Assembly (NCBI GenBank): GCA_030390025.1
Contig: CM059433.1
Coordinates: forward strand, 20,400,001 to 20,464,000
From: Squalus acanthias
Taxonomy: Eukaryota
Length of the DNA: 64,000 nucleotides
Direction of reading: 5' to 3'
Made by a program: the position numbers and the translations under genes. The notes beneath the pieces are model-generated. The model saw nothing but the letters and a program-made list of their open reading frames with translations, had not been told where the DNA came from and did not search any database. Shown one piece after another: positions 36,065-49,365 of the stretch (position 1 is its first letter; every line of letters begins with the position of its first letter).

Positions 36065-36329
36065 TAGGGTTGCCAATTCTGGTTGAGCGTATTCCTGGAG
36101 GTTTTCATCACATAGCTTCCTGCCGCCAACTGCCCGGCCCCTCAAACAGCCTTTTTTTTTCATCTCCAGTACTTTTGTAACTAATAAACAAAAGTGATGA
36201 AAGAAAATGAATAAAGACACACACACTTTTTTTCATGCCGCTGTGATTTTTCTCCCGGCTACAATGTCGTGGAAATTAATCTCTAATTTCTGGAGACTGC
36301 AGAACAATCCAGGAAGGTGGGCCACTCCA
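36065..36329. mobile_element. Probable old hAT-type MITE
   Basis: Starts TAGGGTTGCCAA; decayed inverse end GTGGGCCACTCCA; internal TCCTGGAG / TCCAGGA. Confidence 0.45.
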
Positions 36330-36639
36330 CCTCCAATCCAACTGCAGGTTGAGTATTTCGATACGGAAGGATCCGTTTTCCACATAGCGGCTTTTGCCAG
36401 CAGTGATGTATTAAAGCAAGAAGACCAAATCCCCCCACGAGAGGCTTGTGCATTTTATCTGCTCCTTCACTTCCTCTCTATAAAAACCCACAAGCTTAAT
36501 TGAGATATGGCAACAGTATGCAAAAGCAACTTTCCTCTGAGGGAGACGGAAGATGAGTAAAATTATCATAAAATCATCACAAAACCGAGTTGGTCACCTT
36601 ACTGCAGTGACGAGTTTTATGGAAAGTCAGCCAGAAGTC

Positions 36640-36841
36640 AGTTCGGGGCAATTCATAGCAGCCGGAATCCTGAAAATGCCAAATTTAACGGCAGGACCTC
36701 ATTTGAAATGTTTTTCTCCGTTTTTTCCGGACGGCAGCCAGCCAGATTGAGAGGCTGTCTGACTGTTGGGCGGGAGAGACTGCTCTGGAGGGCCGCAGCC
36801 CAAAGCAAAGAGGAGGGAAGGAGAGATTGCGGGAGAGCTTC
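36640..36841 (+). mobile_element. Left arm of a MITE of the 410-1270 family, running into the G-rich array
   Basis: TTTAACGGCAGGACCTCATTTG and GCAGCCAGCCAGATTGAGAGGCTG match TTTAACAGCAGGGCCTGATTTG and GCAGCCAGCCCGATTGAGAGGCTG at about 504-580. Confidence 0.75.
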
Positions 36842-39800
36842 GGATCGCGGGTCAGGGGGTTCGGATCGTGGGTCGGGGGGGTTTGGGTCGGGGGGGGTTC
36901 AGATCGTGGGTCAGGGGGTTTGGGATCGAGGGTCGGGGGGGTTTGGGTCGATGGTCGGGGGGTTGTGATCGTGGGTCGGGGGGGTTTGGGATCACGGGTC
37001 GGGGGGGTTTGGGTCGGGGGGGGTTTGTGATCGCGGGTCGGGGGGGTTTGGGATCGAGGGTCGGGGGGGTTTGCGATCGTGGGTCGGGGGGGTTTGGGAT
37101 TGTGGGACGGGGGGGTTTGTGATCGCGGGTCGGGGGGGTTTGGGATCGAGGGTCGGGGGGGTTTGTGATCGTGGGTCGGGGTTTGTTATCGTGGGTCGGG
37201 GGGGTTTGTGATCGCGGGTCGGGGGGGTTTGGGTCGAGGGTCGGGGGGGTTTGTGATCGCGGGTCGGGGGGTTTGGATCGCGGGTCGGGGTCGGGGGGGT
37301 TTGGATCGCGGGTCGGGGGGGTTTGGATCGCGGGTCGGGGGGGTTTGGATCGCGGGTCGGGGGGGTTTGTGATCGTGGGTTGGGGTATTTTGGATCGCGG
37401 GTCGGGGGGGTTTGGATCGCGGGTCGGGGGGGTTTGGATCGCGGGTCGGGGGGGTTTGGATTGCGGGTCGGGGGGGTTTGTGATCGTGGGTCGGGGGGTT
37501 TGGATCGCGGGTCGGGGGGGTTTGTGATCGTGGGTTGGGGGGGTTTTGGATCGCGGGTTGGGGGGGTTTGTGATCGCGGGTCGGGGGGTTTGGGTCGAGG
37601 GTCGGGGGGGGTTTGGGATCGCGGGTCGGGGGGGGGGTTTGGGATCGTGGGTCGGGGGGGTTTGGGATCGCGGGTCGGGGGTTTGGGTCGAGGGTCGGGG
37701 GGGTTTGGGATCGCGGGTCGGGGGGGTTTGGGTCGCGGGTCGGGGGGGTTTGGGTCGAGGGTCGGGGGGGTTTGGGTCGTGGGTCGGGGGGGTTTGGGAT
37801 CGCGGGTCGGGGGGTTTGGGTCGAGGGTCGGGGGGGTTTGGGTCGAGGGTCGGGGGGGTTTGGGTCGAGGGTCGGGGGGGGTTTGGGATCGTGGGTCGGG
37901 GGGGTTTGGGATCGCGGGTCGGGGGGGGTTTGGGATCGTGGGTCGGGGGGGTTTGGGATCGCGGGTCGGGGGGTTTGGGTCGAGGGTCGGGGGGTTTGGA
38001 TCGAGGGTCGGGGGGGTTTGTGATCGTGGGTCGGGGGGTTTGGGTCGAGGGTCGGGGGGGTTTGTGATCGTGGGTCGGGGGGTTTGGGTCGAGGGTCGGG
38101 GGGGTTTGTGATCGTGGGTCGGGGGGTTTGGGTCGAGGGTCGGGGGGGTTTGTGATCGCGGGTTGGGGGGTTTGGGTCGAGGGTCGGGGGGGTTCGGATC
38201 GAGGGTCGGGGGGGTTCGGGTCGAGGGTCGGGGGGGTTTGGGTCGTGGGGCGGGGGGGTTTGGGTCGGGGGGTTTGGGATCGCGGGTCGGGGGGGTTTGG
38301 GATCGCGGGTCGGGGGGGGTTTGGGATCGCGGGTCGGGGGGGTTTGGGATCGCGGGTCGGGGGGGTTTGGGATCGCGGGTCGGGGGGGGTTTGGGATCGC
38401 GGGTCGGGGGGGGGTTTGGGATCGTGGGTCGGGGGGGTTTGGGATCGCGGGTCGGGGGTTTGGGTCGAGGGTCGGGGGGGTTTGGGATCGCGGGTCGGGG
38501 GGGTTTGGGTCGCGGGTCGGGGGGGTTTGGGTCGAGGGTCGGGGGGGGGTTTGGGTCGTGGGTCGGGGGGGTTTGGGATCGCGGGTCGGGGGGTTTGGGT
38601 CGAGGGTCGGGGGGGTTTGGGTCGAGGGTCGGGGGGTTTGGGTCGAGGGTCGGGGGGGGTTTGGGTCGAGGGTCGGGGGGGTTTGGGATCGCGGGTCGGG
38701 GGGGGTTTGGGATCGTGGGTCGGGGGGGTTTGGGATCGCGGGTCGGGGGGTTTGGGTCGAGGGTCGGGGGGTTTGGGTCGAGGGTCGGGGGGGGTTTGGG
38801 TCGAGGGTCGGGGGGGTTTGGGATCGCGGGTCGGGGGGGGTTTGGGATCGTGGGTCGGGGGGTTTGGGTCGAGGGTCGGGGGGGTTTGGGTCGAGGGTCG
38901 GGGGGGTTTGGGTCGCGGGTCGGGGGGGTTTGGGTCGAGGGTCGGGGGGGTTTGGGTCGAGGGTCGGGGGGGTTTGGGTCGAGGGTCGGGGGGGTTTGGG
39001 TCGAGGGTCGGGGGGGTTTGGGATCGCGGGTCGGGGGGGGTTTGTGTCGAGGGGGTTTGGGTCGAGGGTCGGGGGGGGTTTGTGATCGTGGGTCGGGGGG
39101 TTTGGGATCGCGGGTCGGGGGGGTTTGGGATCGCGGGTCGGGGGGTTTGGGATCGCGGGTCGGGGGGTTTGTGATCGCGGGTCGGGGGTGTTTGGGATCG
39201 CGGGTCGGGGGGGTTTGGGTCGGGGGGATTTGTGATCGTGGGTCGGGGGGGTTTGGGATCGCGGATCGGGGGGGTTTGGGTCGGGGGGGTTTGGGTCGGG
39301 GGGGTTTGGGTCGGGGGGGTTTGGGATCGCGGGTCGGGGGGGTTTGGGTCGGGGGTGTTTGGGATCGCGGGTCGGGGGGGTTTGGGTCGGGGGGGTTTGG
39401 GATCGTGGGCCGGGGGGGTTTGTGATCGTGGGTCGGGGGGGGTTTGGGGTCGGGGGGGTTTGGGTTCGTGGGTCGGGGGGGTTTGTGATCGTGGGTCGGG
39501 GGGGTTTGGATCGCGGGTCGGGGGGGGTTTGGGTCGGGGGGGTTTGGGTTCGTGGGTCGGGGGGGTTTGTGATCGTGGGTCGGGGGGGGGTTTGGGTCGG
39601 GGGGGTTTGGGTTCGTGGGTCGGGGGGGTTTGTGATCGTGGGTCGGGGGGGTTTGGGTCGGGGGGGTTTGGGATCACGGGTCGGGGGGGTTTGTGATCGC
39701 GGGTCGGGGGGGTTTTGGATCGCGGGTCGGGGGGGTTTGTGATCGCTGGTCGGGGGGGTTTGGGATCGCGGGTCGAGGGAGTTTGGGATCGTGGGTCGGG

Positions 39801-42800
39801 GGGGTTTGTATCGCGGGTCGGGGGGGGTTTGGATCGCGGGTCGGGGGGGCTTGCGTCGGGGGTCGGGGGGGTTTGGGATCGGACGTCGGGGGGGTTTGGG
39901 ATCGTGGGTCGGGGGGGTTTGGGTCGGGGGTCGGGGGGGTTTGGGATCGGACGTCGGGGGGGTTTGGATCGCGGGTCGGGGGGGCTTGGGTCGGGGGTCG
40001 GGGGGGTTTGGGATCGGACGTCGGGGGGGTTTGGATCGCGGGTCGGGGGGGATTTGGATCGCGGGTCGGGGGGGTTTGGGATCGGACGTCGGGGGGGTTT
40101 GGGATTGTGGGTCGGGGGGGTTTGGGATCGTGGGTCGGGGGAGTTTGGGATCGTGGGTCGGGGGGGTTTGGGTCGGGGGGGTTTGGGATCGCGGGTCGGG
40201 GGGGTTTGGGTCGGGGGGGTTTGGGTCGGACGTCGGGGGGGTTTGGATCGCGGGTCGGGGGGCTTTGGGATCGTGGGTCGGGGGGGTTTGGGTCGGGGGG
40301 GTTTGGGTCGGGGGGGTTTGGGTCGGAGGGGTTTGGGATCGTGGGTCGGGGGGGTTTGGGATCGTGGGTCGGGGGGGGTTTGGGTCGGGGGGGTTTGGGT
40401 CGGAGGGGTTTGGGATCGTGGGTCGGGGGGGTTTGGGTCGGGGGGGTTTGGGATCGCGGGTCGGGGGGGTTTGGGTCGGGGGGGTTTGGGTCGGACGTCG
40501 GGGGGGTTTGGATCGCGGGTCGGGGGGCTTTGGGATCGTGGGTCGGGGGGGTTTGGGTCGGGGGGGTTTGGGTCGGGGGGGTTTGGGTCGGAGGGGTTTG
40601 GGATCGTGGGTCGGGGGGGTTTGGGATCGTGGGTCGGGGGGGGTTTGGGGTCGGGGGGGTTTGGGATCGTGGGTCGGGGGGTTTGGATCGTTGGTCGGGG
40701 GGGTTTGGGTCGGGGGAGTTTGGGATCGCGGGTCGGGGGGGTTTGGGTCGGGGGTGTTTGGGATCGTGGGTCGGGGGGGCTTTGGATCGCGGGTCGGGGG
40801 GGGTTTGCATCGCGGGTCGGGGGGGTTTGGGATCGCGGGTCGGGGGGCTTTGGGATCGTGGGTCGGGGGGGTTTGGGATCGTGGGTCGGGGGAGTTTGGA
40901 TCGTGGGTCGGGGGGGTTTGGGTCGGGGGGGTTTGTGTCGGGGGGGTTTGGGTCGGAGGGGTTTGGGATCGTGGGTCGGGGGGGTTTGGGATCGTGGGTC
41001 GGGGGGGGTTTGGGTCGGGGGGGTTTGGGATCGTGGGTCGGGGGGGTTTGGGATCGTGGGTCGGGGGGGGGTTTGGGTCGGAGGGGTTTGGGTCGGGGGG
41101 GTTTGGGTCGGAGGGGTTTGGGTCGGAGGGGTTTGGGTCGGGGGGTTTGGGTCGGAGGGGTTTGGGATCGTGGGTCGGGGGAGTTTGGGTCGGGGGGGTT
41201 TGGGTCGGGGGGGTTTGGGATCGTGGGACGGGGGGGTTTGGGTCGGGGGGGTTTGGGTCGGGGGGGTTTGGGTCGGAGGGGTTTGGGTCGGGGGGGTTTG
41301 GGTCGGAGGGGTTTGGGATCGTGGGTCGGGGGAGTTTGGGTCGGGGGGGTTTGGGTCGGGGGGGTTTGGGATCGTGGGTCGGGGGGGTTTGGGATTGTGG
41401 GTCGGGGGGGTTTGGGATTGTGGGTCGGAGGGGTTTGGGATCGTGGGTCGGGGGAGTTTGGGTCGGGGGGGTTTGGGTCGGGGGGGTTTGGGATCGTGGG
41501 TCGGGGGGGTTTGGGATTGTGGGTCGGGGGGGTTTGGGATCGTGGGTCGGGGGAGTTTGGGATCGTGGGTCGGGGGAGTTTGGGATTGTGGATCGGCGGG
41601 GTTTGGATCGTGGGTCGGCGGGGTTTGGATCGTGGGTTGGGGGGGTTTGGGTCGGGGGGGTTTGTGATCGCGGGTCGGGGGGGTTTGTGATCGCGGGTCG
41701 GGGGGGTTTGTGATCGCGGGTCGGGGGGGTTTGGGTCGGGGGGGTTTGTGATCGTGGGTCGGGGGGTTTGTGATCGTGGGTCGGGGGGTTTGTGATCGCG
41801 GGTTGGGGGGGTTTGTGATCGCGGGTCGGGGGGGTTTGGGTCGGGGGGGTTTGGGTCGGGGGGGTTTGTGATCGCGGGTCGGGGGGGTTGGGATCGCGGG
41901 TCGGGGGGGTTTGGGTCGGGGGGGTTTGGGTCGGGGGGTTTGTGATCGCGGGTCGGGGGGGTTTGGGTCGGGGGGGGTTTGGGTCGGGGGGGTTTGGGTC
42001 GGGGGGGTTTGTGATCGCGGGTCGGGGAGTTGTTTGGGATCGCGGGTCGGGGGGGGTTTGGGTCGGGGGGGTTTGGGTCGGGGGGTTTGTGATCGCGGGT
42101 CGGGGGGGGTTGGGATCGCGGGTCGGGGGGGTTTGGGTCGGGGGGGTTTGTGATCGCGGGTCGGGGGGGTTTGGGTCGGGGGGGGTTTGGGTCGGGGGGG
42201 TTGGGTCGGGGGGAGTTTGTGGATCGGGGTCGGGGCGTTGTTTGGGGTCGCGGGTCGGGGGGGTTTGGGTCGGGGGGGGGGTTTGGGTCGGGGGGGTTTG
42301 TGTCGGGGGGGTGGCGGGTCGGGGGGTTTGTCGGGGTCGGGGGTTTGGGTTGGGGTGTCGGGGGGGTTTGGGTCGGGGGTAGGTTTGGGATCGGTCNNNN
42401 NNNNNNNNNNNNNNNNNNNNNNNNNNNNNNNNNNNNNNNNNNNNNNNNNNNNNNNNNNNNNNNNNNNNNNNNNNNNNNNNNNNNNNNNNNNNNNNNNNNN
42501 NNNNNNNNNNNNNNGGGGTTTGGGTCGGGGGTTTTGGATCGCGGGTCGGGGGGGTTTGGGATCGCGGGTCGGGGGGTTTGGGTCGGGGGGGGGTTTGTGA
42601 TCGTGGGTCGGGGGCTTTGGATCGCGGGTCGGGTGGGGTTTGGGATCGTGGGTCGGGGGAGTTTGGGATCGTGGGTCGGGGGGGTTTGGGTCGGGGGGGT
42701 TTGGGTCGGGGGGTTTGGGATCGTGGGTCGGGGGGGCTTGGGATCGTGGGTCGGGGGGGTTGGGTCGGGGGGGTTTGGGATCGTGGGTCGGGGGGCTTGG

Positions 42801-45800
42801 GATTGTGGGTCGGGGAGTTTGGGATCGTGGGTCGGGGGGCTTGGATCGTGGGTCGGGGGGGTTTGGGATTGTGGGTCGGGGGGGTTTGGATCGTTGGTCG
42901 GGGGGGTTTGGGATTGTGGGTCGGGGGGGTTTGGGTCGGGGGGGTTTGTGATCGTGGGTCGGGGGGGTTTGGGATCGTGGGTCGGGGGGGTTTGGATCGT
43001 GGGTCGGGGGGGTTTGGGTCGTTGGTCGGGGGGGTTTGGGATTGTGGGTCGGGGGGGCTTGGGATCGTGGGTCCGGGGGGCTTGGGATCGTGGGTCCGGG
43101 GGGTTTGGGATTGTGGGTCGGGGGGGTTTGGATCGTTGGTCGGGGGAGTTTGGGATCGTGGGTCGGGGGGCTTGGGATCGTGGGTCCGGGGGGCTTGGGA
43201 TCGTGGGTCGGGGGGGTTTGGGATTGTGGGTCGGGGGGGTTTGGGATCGTGGGTCGGGGGGGTTTGGGATTGTGGGTCGGGGGAGTTTGGGATCGTGGGT
43301 CGGGGGGGCTTGGGATTGTGGGTCGGGGGAGTTTGGGATCGTGGGTCCGGGGGGTTTGGGATTGTGGGTCGGGGGAGTTTGGGATCGTGGGTCGGGGGGG
43401 CTTGGGATCGTGGGTCGGGGGGGTTTGGGATTGTGGGTCGGGGGGGTTTGGGATCGTGGGTCGGGGGGGTTTGGGATTGTGGGTCGGGGGAGTTTGGGAT
43501 CGTGGGTCGGGGGGGTTTGGGATCGTGGGTCGGGGGGGTTTGGGATCGTGGGTCGGGGGGGTTTGGGATCGTGGGTCGGGGGGGTTTGGGTCGGGGGGGT
43601 TTGGGTCGGGGGGGTTTGGGATCGTGGGTCGGGGGGGCTTGGGATTGTGGGTCGGGGGAGTTTGGGATCGTGGGTCGGGGGGTTTGGGTCGGGGGGGTTT
43701 GTGATCGTGGGTCGGTGGGGTTTGGGATTGTGGGTCGGGGGGGTTTGGATCGTTGGTCGGGGGGGTTTGGGATCGTGGGTCGGGGGGGTTTGGGTCGGGG
43801 GGGTTTGTGATCGTGGGTCGGGGGGGTTTGGGATCGTGGGTCGGGGGGGTTTGGGTCGTTGGTCGGGGGGGTTTGGGATTGTGGGTCGGGGGGGCTTGGG
43901 ATCGTGGGTCCGGGGGGCTTGGGATCGTGGGTCCGGGGGGTTTGGGATTGTGGGTCGGGGGGGTTTGGATCGTTGGTCGGGGGAGTTTGGGATCGTGGGT
44001 CGGGGGGGCTTGGGATCGTGGGTCCGGGGGGCTTGGGATCGTGGGTCCGGGGGGTTTGGGATTGTGGGTCGGGGGAGTTTGGGATCGTGGGTCGGGGGGG
44101 CTTGGGATCGTGGGTCGGGGGGGTTTGGGATTGTGGGTCGGGGGGGTTTGGGATCGTGGGTCGGGGGGGTTTGGGATTGTGGGTCGGGGGAGTTTGGGAT
44201 CGTGGGTCGGGGGGGTTTGGGATCGTGGGTCGGGGGGGTTTGGGATTGTGGGTCGGGGGAGTTTGGGATCGCGGGTCGGGGGGGTTTGGGATCGTGGGTC
44301 GGGGGGGTTTGGGATCGTGGGTCGGGGGGGTTTGGGATCGTGGGTCGGGGGGGTTTGGGATTGTGGGTCGGGGGGGTTTGGGTCAGGGGGGTTTGGGTCG
44401 GGGGGGTTTGTGATCGCGGGTCGGGGGGGTTTGGGTCGGGGGGGTTTGGGGTCGGGGGGGTTTGGTCGGGGGGGTTTGGGATCGCGGGTCGGGGGGGGTT
44501 TGGGTCGGGGGGGTTTGGATTGCGGGTCGGGGGGGTTTGGGGTCGGGGGGGTTTGGGATCGCGGGTCGGGGGGGTTTGGGGTCGGGGGGGTTTGGGGGTC
44601 GGGGGGGTTTGGGTCGGGGGGGTTTGTGATCGCGGGTCGGGGGGGGTTTGGGATCGCGGGTCGGGGGGTTTTGTGATCGCGGGTCGGGGGGTTTGGGTCG
44701 GGGGGGTTTGGGTCGGGGGGGGTTTGTGATCGCGGGTCGGGGGGGTTTGGGATCGCGGGTCGAGAGGGGGTTTGGGTCGGGGGGGTTTGGATCAGGGGTG
44801 TTTGGGTCGAGGGGGTTTGGGTCGGGGGGGTTTGGGATCGCGGGTCGAGAGGGGGTTTGGGTCGGGGGGGTTTGGATCAGGGGTGTTTGGGTCGAGGGGG
44901 GTTTGGGTCGGGGGGGTTTGGATCAGGGGTGTTTGGGTCGGGGGTGTTTGGGTCGGGGGGGTTTTGATCGTGGATCGGGGGGGTTTGGGTCGAGTGTCGG
45001 GGGGTTTGGGTCGAGGGTCGGGGGGGTTTGGGTCGAGGGTCGGGGGGGTTTGGGTCGAGGGTCGGGGGGGTTTGGGTCAGGGGGGTTTGGGTCGTGGGTC
45101 GGGGGTTTGGGATCGAGGTTCGGGGGGGTTTGGATCGCGGGTCGGGGGGGTTTGTGATCGCGGGTCGGTGGGGGTTTGGGTCGGGGGGGTTTGGATCACG
45201 GGTCGGGGGGGGTTTGTGATCGTGGGTCGGGGGGTTTGGGATCGCGGGTCGGGGGGGGTTTGGGATCGTGGGTCGGGGGGGTTTGGGTCGAGGGTCGGGG
45301 GGGTTTGGGTCGAGGGTCGGGGGGGTTTGGGTCAGGGGGGTTTGGGTCGTGGGTCGGGGGGTTTGGGATCGAGGTTCGGGGGGGTTTGGATCGTGGGTCG
45401 GGGGGTTTGTGATCGCGGGTCGGTGGGGGTTTGGGTCGGGGGGGTTTGGATCACGGGTCGGGGGGGGTTTGTGATCGTGGGTCGGGGGTTTGGGATCGCG
45501 GGTCGGGGGGGTTTGGGATCGTGGGTCGGGGGGGTTTGGGATCGCGGGTCGGGGGGGTTTGGGATCGCGGGTCGGGGGGGTTTGGGATCGTGGGTCGGGG
45601 GGTTTGTGATCGCGGGTCGGGGGGGGTTTGGGTCGGGGGGGTTTGGGATCGTGGGTCGGGGGGGTTTGTGATCGCGGGTCGGGGGGGTTTGGGTCGGGGG
45701 GGTTTGGGATCGTGGGTCGGGGGGGTTTGTGATCGCGGGTCGGGGGGGTTTGGGTCGGGGGGGTTTGGGATCGCGGGTCGGGGGGGGTTTGGGGTCGCGG

Positions 45801-47758
45801 GTCGTGGGGGTTTGGGTCGGGGGGGTTTGGGGTCGCGGGTCGGGGGGGGTTTGGGTCGGGGGGGGTTTGGGGTCGTGGGTCGGGGGGGTTTGTGATCGCG
45901 GGTCGGGGGGGTTTGGGGTCGTGGGTCGGGGGGGTTTGGGGTCGTGGGTCGGGGGGGTTTGGGTCATGGGTCGGGGGGGTTTGGGGTCGTGGGTCGGGGG
46001 GGTTTGGGATCGCGGGTCGGGGGGGTTTGGGGTCGTGGGTCGGGGGGGTTTGGGGTCGTGGGTCGGGGGGGTTTGGGGTCGGGGGGTTTGGGGTCGTGGG
46101 TCGGGGGGGTTTGGGATCGCGGGTCGGGGGGGTTTGGGATCGCGGGTCGGGGGGGTTTGGGATCGCGGGTCGGGGGGGGTTTGGGGTCGTGGGTCGGGGG
46201 GGTTTGGGGTCATGGGTCGGGGGGGTTTGGGGTCGTGAGTCGGGGGTGTTTGTGTCGGGGGGGTTTGGGGTCGTGAGTCGGGGTGTTTGTGTCGGGGGGG
46301 TTTGGGGTCGTGAGTCGGGGGGTTTGTGATCGTGGGTCGGGGGGGTTTGGGTCGGGGGGGTTTGGGATCGCGGGTCGGGGGGGTTTGGGGTCGTGGGTCG
46401 GGGGGGTTTGGGGTCATGGGTCGGGGGGGTTTGGGGTCGTGAGTCGGGGGTGTTTGTGTCGGGGGGGTTTGGGGTCGTGAGTCGGGGGTGTTTGTGTCGG
46501 GGGGGTTTGGGATCGTGGGTCGGGGGGGTTTGTGATCGTGGGTCGGGGGGGTTTGGGTCGGGGGGGTTTGGGATCGTGGGTCGGGGGGTTTTATGATCGT
46601 GGGTCGGGGGTGTTTGTGTCGGGGGGGTTTGTGATCGTGGGTCGGGGGGGGTTTGGGTCGGGGGGGGTTTGTGATCGTGGGTCGGGGGGGTTTGGGTTCG
46701 TGTGTCGGGGGGGTTTGGGTCGGGGGGGGTTTGTGATCGTGGGTCGGGGGGGGTTTGGGTCGGGGGGGTTTGTGATCGTGGGTCGGGGGGTTTGGGTCGG
46801 GGGGGTTTGTGATCGTGGGTCGGGGGGGTTTGGGTCGGGGGGGTTTGTGATCGTGGGTCGGGGGGGTTTGGGTCGGGGGGGTTTGTGATCGTGGGTCGAG
46901 GGGGTTTGGGTCGGGGGGGTTTGGGATCGCGGGGGTTTGGGATCGTGGGTCGGGGGGGTTTGGGATCGTGGGTCGGGGGGGTTTTGGATCGTGGGTCGGG
47001 GGGGTTTGGGTCGGGGGGGTTTGTGATCGTGGGTCGGGGGGGTTTGGGTCGGGGGGGTTTGTGATCGTGGGTCGGGGGGGTTTGGGTCGAGGGGGTTTGG
47101 GTCGGGGGGGTTTGGGATCGCGGGGGTTTGGGATCGTGGGTCGGGGGGGTTTGGGATCGTGGGTCGGGGGGGTTTGTGATCGTGGGTCGGGGGGGTTTGT
47201 GATCGTGGGTCGGGGGGGTTTGGGTCGAGGGGGTTTGGGTCGGGGGGGTTTGGGATCGCGGGGGTTTGGGATCATGGGTCGGGGGGGTTTGGGATCGTGG
47301 GTCGGGGGGGTTTGTGATCGTGGGTCGGGGGGGTTTGGGATCGTGGGTCGGGGGGGTTTTGGATCGTGGGTCGGGGGGGTTTGTGATCGTGGGTCGGGGG
47401 GGTTTGGGATCGCGGGTCGGGGCGGTTTGGGATCGCGGGTCGGGTGGGGTTTTGGATCGTGGGTCGGGGGGATTTGGGGTCGTGGGTCGGGGGGTTTGGG
47501 ATCGTGGGTCGGGGGGGTTTCGGTCGGGGGGGTTTGGGATCGTGGGTCCGGGGGTTTTGGATCGTGGGTCGGGGGGTTTGGGATCGCGGGTCGGGTGGGG
47601 TTTTGGATCGTGGGTCGGGGGGTTTGGAATCGCGGGTCAGGGGGTTTGTGGTCGGGGGTCGGGGGGGGTTTTGGATCGTGGGTCGGGGTGTTTGTGGTCG
47701 GGGGTCGGGGGGGGTTTTGGATCGTGGGTCGTGGGGGGTTGTGATCGCGGGTTGGCGG
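36842..47758 (+). repeat. About 11-kb G-rich minisatellite, unit GGGTCGGGGGGGTTT[GGGATCGY] (15-24 bp)
   Basis: Direct reading; hundreds of units with local variants. Confidence 0.97.
42397..42514. other. Assembly gap (118 N)
   Basis: N run inside the minisatellite. Confidence 1.
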
Positions 47759-48061
47759 GGTGATGTACTAGAAAGGCTGGGTATGCTTAGAGTGGACAAG
47801 TCGCTAGGTCCAGATGGCTTACATCCCAGGTTGCTAAGGGATTTGGGGGAGGAGATAGGGGAAGGACTTGCCATAATTTACCAGTCTTCCCTAGATGCGG
47901 GGGAGGTGCCAGAGGATTAGAAAGTGGCAAATGTGACACCATTGTGCAAGAAAGGGTGTAAGGACAATCCTAGTAACTATAGGCCGGTCAGTTTAACATC
48001 AGTGGTGGGTAAAGTTTTAGAAACAATAATCAAGGAAAAAATTAACGGGCATTTGGAGAGG

Positions 48062-49365
48062 TCATTTGGAAAATCATAATGCAGTCAAGCAGAGTCAGCA
48101 TGGTTTTATGAAAGGGAAATCATGTTTAACAAATTTGCTGGTGTTCTTTGAGGATGTAACAAGCAGGGTGGATAAGGGTGAGCCAGTGGATGTGGTATTT
48201 GGATTTCCAGAAGGCATTCGATAAGGTGCCACATAAAAGGTTACTGCATAAGATAAGAGCTCACGGAATTGAGGGTAATATTTTAGCATGGATAGAGAAT
48301 TGGCTAACTAACAGAAAGCAGAGAGTCGGGATAAATGGGTCACTTTCCGGTTGGCAAACGGTAACTAGTGGGGTGCCACAGGAATCAATGCTGGGGCCTC
48401 AACTATTTACAATCTACATTAATGACTTGGATGAAGGGACCGGGTGTAATGTAGCCAAGTTTGCAGATGTTACAAAGATGGGTGGAAAAGCAAGTTGTGC
48501 AGAAGACTCAAAGAATCTGCAAAGGGACATAGACAGGCTAAGTGAGTGGGCAAACATTTGGCAGATGGAGTATAATGTGGGAAAGTGGCAGGAAAAATAA
48601 AAAAGCAAATTATTATTTAAATGGAGAGAGATTACAAAATGCTACAGTTCAGAGGGACCTGGGGGTCCTTGTGCATGAAACACAAAAAGTTAGCATGCAG
48701 GTACAGCAAGTAATCAAAAAGGCAAATGGAATGTTGGCCTTTATTTCAAGGGGGTTGGAGTATAAAAGCAGGGAAGTCCTGCTGCAACTGTACAGGGTAT
48801 TGGTGAGACCACACCTTGAGTACTGCGTACAGTTTTGGTCTCCTTATTTAAGGAAGGATATACTTGCATTGGAGGCAGTTCAGAGATGATTCACTCAGTT
48901 AATTCCAGAGATGAGGGGGTTGACTTATGAGGAAAGGTTGAGCAGGCTGGGCCTATACTCATTGGAATTTAGAAGAATGAGAGGTGATCTTATTGAAACA
49001 TTGAAGATACTGAGGGGGCTCGACAAGGTAGATGCAGAGAGGATGTTTCTCCTCGTGGGGAAATCTAGAACTCAGGGGCATAGTTTCAGAATAAAGGGTC
49101 GCCTTTTTAGAACTGAGATAAGGAGGAATTTCTTCTCTCAGAGGGTCGTAAATCTGTGGAATTCTCTGACCCAGAGAGCTGTGGAGGCTGGGTCATTAAA
49201 TACATTTAAGGTGGAGATAGACAGATTTTTGCAAGATAAGGGAGTGAAGGGTTATGGGGAGTGGGCGGGGAAGTGGCTTTGAGCCCAAGATCAGCCATGA
49301 ACCTATTGAATGGTGGAGCAGGCTCGAGGGGCCAAGTGGCCTATTCCTGCTCCTATTTCTTATGT
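48062..49365 (+). mobile_element. Second CR1 (different subfamily) nested in the first
   Basis: HLENHNAVKQSQHGF through the RT to the 3' UTR, ending TTCTTATGT. Confidence 0.9.

Noticed and set aside
35668..36180. 170-aa Pro/Ser-rich ORF
   Set aside because: Low-complexity pyrimidine tract running into a probable MITE.
36842..47758. Telomeric or CRISPR-like array
   Set aside because: The unit is not TTAGGG, there are no unique spacers and no cas genes.
36852..47874. Long Gly/Arg/Trp-rich and Pro-rich ORFs (up to 941 aa)
   Set aside because: Translations of the G-rich minisatellite, open in several frames on both strands; one spans the N gap.
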